Shown here one piece after another: positions 30,157-38,100 of a DNA stretch of 64,000 bases (within the stretch, counting starts at the first letter, position 1; every line of letters starts with the position of its first letter). Origin of the DNA: Nannocystales bacterium (GTDB lineage Bacteria; Myxococcota_A; Polyangia; Nannocystales; Nannocystaceae); the NCBI GenBank assembly GCA_050633305.1, contig JBOEGF010000014.1:447974-511973 (forward strand), written 5' to 3'. The translations under genes and the position numbers were made by a program. The notes below the pieces were generated by a model. The model saw only the letters and a program-made list of their open reading frames with translations. It was not told the origin of the DNA and made no database searches.

Positions 30157-30286
30157 GGCTTTGTTCTGTTCTTTCTCGGATGGGAGCCGCGGGACTGCGG
30201 TCATGGGGGGAGGCCACCCCCGCGCGATACAGCGCGAGGCGGACAGCCTCCGTGACGAGGGGGCTGCGAGGGGGCAGGGGCGGCCC

Positions 30287-31045
30287 CTAAAAACGAAGTG
30301 CAACGGAGACACCTTGTCGGCGAGGAAGCACGCTCATGCTCGTTCGCCGGCGCCGTCTTCGTTCTCCGACATGGCGGCTTTCGGCGCCGGCCAACAAGGT
30401 CACCGCTCCCACAAGGACCATCGCTGCCCCTGATGCGAGCAGAACATCTCCGGCAATGGCCTGAGTTCGTGCAAGGCGGTAGTGGTCTGTGTTGGTGACC
30501 TCGACGTTCGCGGCGGCTGACTCTCTCGCATTCCTTGCATTCGTCAGTGCCGTGAGCGCGAGCGCCGTTCCCCCCGCGACGGCTCCGCTGCCCAGAGGGA
30601 TGAGCGTGCTGCCAGTCACGACCGCCCACTTGGGCAGGCGGTTCTTTCGCCGCCCTCGAGGCCCTCTGGGGCGTGGTTTCTCGTCGTTCGCTACTGGAGG
30701 CGGAGCAGGCGGTGGTGGGGAGGTCGGAGCTCCGGCGCCCAAGTCTTCCAGCCGCGCGCGGCAGGTGGCGCGACCCTGGGGCGGGGCATCCTCGTGGGAT
30801 AGGAACTGCTTGTAGTAGAGTTTGGCCTGCGGAATGTTGCCCGCGGCCTCGTAAACACGGCCGATGTTGAAGAGGTGTTCTGGGCGTCCTGTCCCCTCAT
30901 AGGATTTCTGAAAACCTGCGATCGCGCCTGGGTAGTCCCCGGCTTCGAACCTTTGGACCGCGTCGTCTACGTGGGATTGGGGACGTTTCGGAGTCTCGGG
31001 AGACCCTGCCAAGATTACGGACAGGAGAAGTTTCGCAGAACTCAC
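30287..31045 (-). CDS. TPR protein with C-terminal hydrophobic segments
   Basis: FEAGDYPGAIAGF...LFNIGRVYE...YYKQFL; Pro linker; start overlaps the pseudokinase stop. Confidence 0.8.
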   Translation of the reverse strand: MSSAKLLLSVILAGSPETPKRPQSHVDDAVQRFEAGDYPGAIAGFQKSYEGTGRPEHLFNIGRVYEAAGNIPQAKLYYKQFLSHEDAPPQGRATCRARLEDLGAGAPTSPPPPAPPPVANDEKPRPRGPRGRRKNRLPKWAVVTGSTLIPLGSGAVAGGTALALTALTNARNARESAAANVEVTNTDHYRLARTQAIAGDVLLASGAAMVLVGAVTLLAGAESRHVGERRRRRRTSMSVLPRRQGVSVALRF

Positions 31046-32547
31046 TTTTTGACCCCCATGAACATGCTGTGCTCTTCGCTGGCTGCGAGAAACGTGGGAG
31101 AGCCGTGGTGTTGGCGGCCTGCTCGGCGCCGCCTTCGTCGTCGTCGCCGCGTCCGCCGTCGAGGGCGGGTGGGGGTCTTTGCGACACCCTCCTGCTTCGC
31201 TGCGGCCGTGGCCGTCGTTTCCGCGTCAGGTCGCTCCGAACACGCGGTGGCGGGGTCCGATTCGAACGAGACGAGGGAGCCCGGCGGAGACCCCCCGGCG
31301 CCGCTTCGGCTGCTCGGGGTCTCTGCCACGCCTGCCGCCCCGGAGGTGGGGTTCGCCGGCGAGGAAACGCGACGCTGTTTCATCGCCGTGGTCGGTGGCG
31401 GCACCGTGAGAAGGGGTTCGTGGGCCGCCACGGGGTCGCTGGGCTCGGGGGACGCGATAGATACGGCGCCGAGTGTTGCGGCTCCCGCCAAGACGGCCAG
31501 CCACATCGACGGAGGGATTATCGAGCGGAATGAGGGGGGGGGGTGTGGGGCTACAGTCATTGGTTTGAGTGCCTGTGAGGGGTATTCGTGGACGGGGTTG
31601 GGGTGCTCCTCGGTTTCGGCGAGCTCCAAAGGAGGTGGCGTAGGAGGCTGAAGAGTCCTGAGAAAAGCGGTGAGCAGCACGTTCGCATCGGCGGGTCGGT
31701 GGTAACGATTCGAGGAGACGCAGCGCTCACAAAGCAGGCGGAGGCGGCGGCGGGTCTTGGGCTCTCTGTCCGCTCTCGCGGGAGGTTCGAGATAGAGAAC
31801 CTTTGTAAACAAACGGCCGAGCTCCAGTACGTCGTCGCGGGCATCGATTACGGTCGACTCTGGGCCAATCTCGCTGTCCACGCTGCTGAGGGAGGAAAAC
31901 GCATCATTCTCTGTTGTTCGGTCGATACGCCCACAGCGATGTAGCCCGGCGACGATGACTCGCATTGCCCGCAGTTTGTCTCCGCTCATATAGATGCTGT
32001 GGGCACCCAGGTTCTGATGGACGATGCCGCTCTCGTGCAGATGACCAACTGCCAAGAGGATCTGCATGCCGATGTGCACGAAGTCGTCGATCGAAAATGG
32101 TCCTCGCGCCCGAAGTTCGTCGGACAGGGGCCGACCCGCGGGGCTCTCAAATACGAGGAACTTCGGTGCTTTAGAGACGCTTCCATCGACCACACGGCTC
32201 AGGCCTCGGTGGCGAATGCCGGAGACCCAGCTCCAACTCGACGCGGAGACGCCTGCTGCGGAGTCATCGAAAAGTGCGAGATGAACGGGGGCTGCTGTCG
32301 CCGTGTCTTCGGCGGAATAGAGAGTGGCAACGAGGGAGGTCCCAAGAACCGAGTTCAGGCGATACCTGCCCCCGAGTGGTTCAGGCAGGGCACAATTTTT
32401 GGAGGGTCCAGGCACAGACGGTTCTTCCTTGCCATGGGCGTCCGGACACTCTGCACGGACTCCCGAAGGTCGAAGCGACGCGCCGCGCATCGTCTTCGCG
32501 TTACCTTGTGTCGCGGGAGCTCGAAACGGTTGCAGGTTTGTGTGCAA
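31042..32547 (-). CDS. Ser/Thr kinase-like pseudokinase with TM helix
   Basis: GGRYRL start of kinase fold, but VAxK reads VHLA, HRD reads HQN, and DFG is absent; start may be 32490. Confidence 0.75.
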   Translation of the reverse strand: MHTNLQPFRAPATQGNAKTMRGASLRPSGVRAECPDAHGKEEPSVPGPSKNCALPEPLGGRYRLNSVLGTSLVATLYSAEDTATAAPVHLALFDDSAAGVSASSWSWVSGIRHRGLSRVVDGSVSKAPKFLVFESPAGRPLSDELRARGPFSIDDFVHIGMQILLAVGHLHESGIVHQNLGAHSIYMSGDKLRAMRVIVAGLHRCGRIDRTTENDAFSSLSSVDSEIGPESTVIDARDDVLELGRLFTKVLYLEPPARADREPKTRRRLRLLCERCVSSNRYHRPADANVLLTAFLRTLQPPTPPPLELAETEEHPNPVHEYPSQALKPMTVAPHPPPSFRSIIPPSMWLAVLAGAATLGAVSIASPEPSDPVAAHEPLLTVPPPTTAMKQRRVSSPANPTSGAAGVAETPSSRSGAGGSPPGSLVSFESDPATACSERPDAETTATAAAKQEGVAKTPTRPRRRTRRRRRRRRRAGRQHHGSPTFLAASEEHSMFMGVKK

Positions 32548-32581
32548 GCCAGGCTACGGTCGAGGCGCAGCGGAGCTCCGG

Positions 32582-33130
32582 TCAGTGGCTCGACGTCAGG
32601 CTCGAGAGTTTGCCTCTCATCTGTCGCCGTGCTCGTAGGAGCCAACTCTTCACGGTGCCAGGAGGCACCCCCTGCACTTCCGCAATCTCTGTCACCGAGC
32701 GACCGCCCCAGTAGTGGAGCATCACGGTGAGGCGCCAACGTTCGGGTAGGGCTTGCACCGCTTCCATGAGCTGTTCGTGCCGTTCCCGGAGGTGGACGAC
32801 TTGACTCGCCGTTGAGACCGCGCTTTCGGGTTCTTCGGCAAGGCCTGCTCGTCGTGAGGTCGTCATCCGCTCGGCCCGCAGATGTTCGAACGCGACGCGG
32901 CGCGCCACCCCGCCCAAGAACTGGGGGAACTTGGCGGGATCGCGGATCCGGCTCACGTTCTGAGTGCAGACGAGAAACGTCTGCTGCAACAGGTCGTCGG
33001 CGGCTCCGGCGAGCGCTCCGTAGAAGTACCGAGACGCAACCCGGGAGTGGCGACGGAGGAGTTCCGTACCGGCTTCGGCGTGTCCCTGCTGCCACCGGAG
33101 AACGAGCTCTCGGTCCAGGGGAACCGCCAT
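32582..33130 (-). CDS. ECF RNA polymerase sigma-70 factor
   Basis: DRELVLRWQQG, ADDLLQQTF, region 4 EIAEVQGVPPGTVKSWLLRAR. Confidence 0.92.
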   Translation of the reverse strand: MAVPLDRELVLRWQQGHAEAGTELLRRHSRVASRYFYGALAGAADDLLQQTFLVCTQNVSRIRDPAKFPQFLGGVARRVAFEHLRAERMTTSRRAGLAEEPESAVSTASQVVHLRERHEQLMEAVQALPERWRLTVMLHYWGGRSVTEIAEVQGVPPGTVKSWLLRARRQMRGKLSSLTSSH

Positions 33131-33524
33131 GTCGACGGTTGGAGCGGATGGACGCCCGCGCCACCCGAACGTCATCGCTGGCTGCTCCCATGGCTCACCC
33201 GCAGCTTTGCGGTCGCGCCCTCGTGCCCGGGTGCGCAGCGGCGACGACGAGACACTCCGGGGTTCCTTGTCGGATCCCACCGAACCAACTTCTGCTCCGT
33301 CTGGGCCAACTGGTCCAAGGAGGTCTCCACATCACGGGTCGTTTGACAGAGATTGCGCATCGGTTCACCAGGGGCACAGGCACGCCGCGAACGCGTCCGA
33401 GGAGTCCTCCGCCGTCGTGCTCGTCCAACGTGCCGGCCATGGCACAGTCACCGACATCGGCGCCCTCCTCCATCTCGATCCGCAGGTGCGCAGCGTCTCG
33501 TCCAAACCGGCTCGCTCGGCAAGC

Positions 33525-33683
33525 ACGTGCCCACGTGTCGCCGACATCGGATGAAAAAAAGATGACGTTCTTGGCCACCCGCGAGTGACTGTGCGAATTC
33601 GGTGCGAGTGCGCGCTGCGGCCGCGATCTGTCGGAACAAGAGCGTGGATTTTTTCATCCGATGCCGATTCGTCGAGGACACGT
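33525..33683. promoter_or_regulatory. Divergent pair of near-identical bipartite promoter/operator motifs
   Basis: TTTTTTCATCCGATG-N12-GGRCACGT on both strands; 15-bp perfect inverted repeat at 33545-33559 and 33649-33663. Confidence 0.6.
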
Positions 33684-33802
33684 TGAGTCGACTGACCGGC
33701 CCGGCTCCGGCGCGTCCACGGAGATGCGTTCGTCAACAACTGACGCGCATGTCGCCAGACGACTCTTCGCGTTCGTCACGCCCCCCTCATCCGTTGACTA
33801 CG

Positions 33803-34762
33803 ATGCAACAGCACTTGCAGGTGGATATCTGCACCTACCTTGCGCGGCTATCGGTTCTCGAGCGAAAACTCGCAGACTGCGATACGGCGGGGACCGAAGA
33901 ACTCGCCGCAGACGAAGCGTGGGCTCACCTCGTGCCCTCGACCGATGCATTGGCGGAGAGCGCGTCCGAGCTCTTCGACAGTCTCGCGACGACCGGTACG
34001 GAAAACATCCGCTCAGAGATACCTGCGGTCATTCCGGGTCTCGCGTTCGTGGCCAAAATGGAGGTTCACCGGCTGCGCAAGCAACTCTCGACGTTGAGTG
34101 AGAATCAGCCCAGGCGGCATATTCTCGACGGTTGTCAGCGAACACGTCGGCACATCTTGAGAGCCGTGACGGCTGTCGCCAATGAGCTGCGCGGCCATAC
34201 ACCGTCGGACACCGTGCTTCCGCAGTTCAACGAAGAACTCGGTCGCTCGCTCCGTTGTCGTCGAGCGCTCTCCGCCCTCTGGCACCGGATCGACGCCAGC
34301 GCTGGGCGACCGCTACTTCAGCGGCTGCGCCTCGCCGGCGCAGCGTTCGCCACGCTTCAAGGCTGCGATGCCTACCGAGACATTCGAGTCGGGGACCGAC
34401 TTGGCCTTCGAGAGGTGCAAGCGCGTTTGCTGGCGTGGCTTAGGCTTCCCGACCGGTCGGACAAAAGAGGAGAACGCCTGCTTGCGGCCACCCATGGTTT
34501 CGTTCAAGTGACTCGAGGAATCAACGCCCGAGCCGAACTGATCGAGCACGACGACAGGTTGATCGCGGAGCTCATACCCGTTCTCGCCGCGAGACCGGCA
34601 GGGACGATCCCCCCAGCGCTGCTCTCGAAGCTCGTCCTTCTGCAAGGCAGCAAGCGATCCCTGGATGCCCTCCTCCTCGGGGACCTCCCCCTCAACGTCG
34701 AGACCGTCCTCCCTGTACTTCGCTCGGTCAACGTTGCAGCGGGCCCGCCGTCGTTCACGTAA
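33803..34762 (+). CDS. Hypothetical all-helical protein
   Basis: Long Leu/Arg-rich ORF; start uncertain (33749 or 33803). Confidence 0.7.
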   Translation: MQQHLQVDICTYLARLSVLERKLADCDTAGTEELAADEAWAHLVPSTDALAESASELFDSLATTGTENIRSEIPAVIPGLAFVAKMEVHRLRKQLSTLSENQPRRHILDGCQRTRRHILRAVTAVANELRGHTPSDTVLPQFNEELGRSLRCRRALSALWHRIDASAGRPLLQRLRLAGAAFATLQGCDAYRDIRVGDRLGLREVQARLLAWLRLPDRSDKRGERLLAATHGFVQVTRGINARAELIEHDDRLIAELIPVLAARPAGTIPPALLSKLVLLQGSKRSLDALLLGDLPLNVETVLPVLRSVNVAAGPPSFT

Positions 34763-34780
34763 GGGACACCGAGGACTCGA

Positions 34781-35122
34781 TCAGCCTTCGAGCTTCTCGA
34801 CAACGATGTCGATGAACTCGGCGGCGGTGAGGTCCTTGTACTTGTACGTGCCCTCGAACCACCCCACGACGGCATCCTCTTCGCCACCTTTGGCGCGGCG
34901 CGTCAGCTCGCGGTACTCGTTGCACACGTCGGCGAGGCGACCCAACACGCCCTCGGCTGCTTCGTCGTCGCGGTACCGTTTTCGGAGCCACTTGAACATG
35001 AAGTAGATGAGGGTGTCGTCGGCATCGCGCAGGTGGCTGTACGTTTCGACGGAGTCCATCGTCCCCAGTTCGATGCCCTCGAGAATGCGAAGGGCCGACT
35101 GTTTCTCGTGCTCGAAGCTCAT
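34781..35122 (-). CDS. Small hypothetical protein (113 aa)
   Basis: Strong GC3 codon bias and globular composition; 30 nt downstream of the alpha-2-macroglobulin stop. Confidence 0.8.
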   Translation of the reverse strand: MSFEHEKQSALRILEGIELGTMDSVETYSHLRDADDTLIYFMFKWLRKRYRDDEAAEGVLGRLADVCNEYRELTRRAKGGEEDAVVGWFEGTYKYKDLTAAEFIDIVVEKLEG

Positions 35123-35152
35123 TTGCCGGGAGGGTACCGGAGGGCCGGGCGG

Positions 35153-38100
35153 CTAGGGAGAAACGACTCGAACCGGCCGGCCGCCTGTGTTTCCGGACAC
35201 CTCCGGCGAATACATCGCGTGGACGGTGGCGGGCGGCATCGAGTAATGCCCCTCGTGGGTCGCGCGCACCGGAACTCGGTAGCGGTAGGTGCCGGCCGGA
35301 AGTTGGTCCACGAAAACCAAAACCCGGTCGCCCCGGAGCTCGTGATGGGAGTACGGAAGCGACCGACCGCCGGTAGATGTGCGGACGGTTTTCGACGCGC
35401 CGCCGCGCCCCAGACTTCGGTCCACGGCTTCGAGCCCCGCGGGTAAGGGGACGTCGATCGCGACGTATCGCTGACGCGCGTCGGCGGTGATCACCACCTC
35501 GAGGGTGCCCCCTTCGCCGGCGACCAAGGAGCGGTCATCCAATGCTCCACGGCTGTCGAACAACGTTCGCTGGATGGATATGCCCCTTGCTCGAGGTTCG
35601 ATGGTCTCGGGTTTCGGTGCCCACTGCATGCCGACTCGGTAGTACATCCGGCCCTGGCCGAGGCGTTCCAACGTAACCAGCGGGTCCTCGGTGGTGATGG
35701 CGGCGCTCTCTTGGACCAGCGTGAGGTCGCGACCGTTGAAGCTGGCATCGACGACCATGGATGTGCCGACCCAGGCCCGCACATCCATGTCGGGTTCGAC
35801 GGATTCACGGAGCTCTGCATAGCCGGCCATCGCGAGCAGGGCGTAGGCGTTCTCCTGAGTGTTGCGGAGCTGTCCGCTGTTTCGTGCCTTGGTGAGTCCG
35901 CGCGCGAGTGGCTCGATGAGCGCGTCGTCGGGCGCGGCTCTCACGAGCGCCAAGAGGATCATGGCGTCGGTTCGAACCGGCGAATCAAACAGCGCGGTGA
36001 AGCGCCGCGACGCGGCCTTGCTCCGTGCTGTGGTGTCACGAACCTCAACCCGCTCGCGCAGACTGTCGAGCAATGCTGGGAGTCGGGGGTCGTTGGGGTC
36101 GCCGGTGTGTACGGCCATCGCGAGCAGGGCGCGGGAAAACACCGGCAGCGCGTCGGCCCGAGAGAGCAGTCCTTCGAGCACTTCGGGTTGCACGCGACCT
36201 GAGGACGCGATCGCGAGCAACGCCATGGCAGCGCGCGCGTCATCGTGTGCGCTGGGGGTGGCGTATGAGCGGACCCGGGCGAGTTCGGTCTCGAGAAACG
36301 ACAGGGCTCGCTCCAAGACGTCTTCGTCGATCTGAATACCGGAACGCTTGAGCTCGCCGAGGACCCATGCCGCGTAGGCCGTGCCGTAGACGTGGGCGTG
36401 GCTGGAGCCGGGCCAGTAGCCGAACCCTCCGCTCGCGGTTTGCATGCTCTCGAGGCGATCCAACCCCGCTTGTGCGAATTCGGTGACGCTGCCGACACCC
36501 AGGTCGAACCCCTCCAGCTCGTGGAGGGCTGCCAAGGGAACCAGGCGAGAAGACGTCTGCTCGACACAGCCGTACGGATAGGTGACGAGGTCGTTGGCGG
36601 TGTCTTTGTAGCCGCCGAGCATCGATGCGTAGACGTCGACGGAAGCCGACGCCGAGTCGGGAATGTGCGTGCCGGGAACCTCGAGCGCGACCGCACTGGT
36701 CTGCACATCGAGCATCGAGCCGTAGGTCGCGGCGTGGCGGATCAGGGTGCGCTCCGCTCGGACCTCCAGGGGGAGTTCGCTGGCGTCTTGCAGCACATGC
36801 CCGTCGTCGGTCGTGAGGGTGGCGCTGACCCAGACGAGCAGCTCGCCGGGGCCCTGTGCTTCCACGGAAACGGGAATCCGGGCCTGCGCGCCGTCTAGCC
36901 GCCGGGTGATGGTGCCCGGGGATGTGATGCGCGCGAGGCCTGCGGCGTCTTTGAGCGCCACCTTCACCTCGAGGGTTCCCGGCGTGTCGGTCAAGTTGTC
37001 GACGAGCACCCCGAGCTCCGCGGTGTCTCCTGGCCGGAGGACTCGGGGGAGGAGTGGGCGCACCGCCAGGTCCTGGGTGACGCGAACCTTGCTCTCTTCG
37101 CGTCCCGCTCTGGCAAACGCGCCGGTCCCGGGGACCTCCGCGGTGGCGACCGCCGCGATTCGGAATGTGGTGAGGTTGTCGGGGAGCACACCGTGTACGC
37201 GGGCCGTCCCGTCGGACCCGGTCTTCACGTCTCCGATGAAGATCGGAGCGGGGTCGAAGTTGCGCCGTGTCTTGGGGGAGGAGCCGGCACCCCCGCCTCC
37301 CATGCCCGCGCCACTGCCAAACCCTGAACCTCCAGCGCCCCCGCCGGAGCCGACCCCGCGGAGGCCGGACTCAAAGGGGTCTCGCCGGAGTGTGTACGGG
37401 GTCCGCAGGTCGCGATAGCCGTTGAAGTACCGGGCTTCGTTTCCGCGGTCGATGGCCAACGCGTGGGTGAAGCTGGGGAAGCTCCAGTCGCGCAGCATCA
37501 AGATCCCCTCGTCGACAGCCCAGACGGAAACGTGGGCGTCCGTGACGGGGCGTCCTTTGGGGTCGGCCACGGTGACGTCGATGGGTAGGGTGCTGCCCGC
37601 GGATGCCACGGTAGGGTTCTGCACTGTGACGGTGAGCTCGCGGCTCCCGTATCCAAGCTCGACGGTGTCGAAGGAGTACTCGAGGTAGGGCAGGCGTTTG
37701 CCGTCGGGGTGGGCGACGAGCGTGTCGAGGTAGCCGTTGGGTACCCAGCTCTCGTTTGCGGTCAGGCGCAGCTGCGCAGCGTGGTCTTGGGTGGTGAACG
37801 GGTGGGTTGTCCGGATACCCGCGTGCACTTCGACCACGACCCCGGTCGCTCGTGGGAGGTGGGTTTGCACGGCGATGTCGACGGCCTCGCCGACGGTCGA
37901 CTGTTCGGGAGCGCTCACGGAGAAGTCGATGTCTTCCGACTTGGGGCCGGGCCGGCCCAGCACCCAGACGCTGTCGTGGTGGCTGACCTTGACACCATCG
38001 ACTCCACCGATGAGCACCGTGTTGTAGCGGCCGGGCTTTCGTGGGGTCCAAGTGCACGTGCCGGAACCTCGGTCGTCAAACTTCAGGGTGCACGTGTGGA

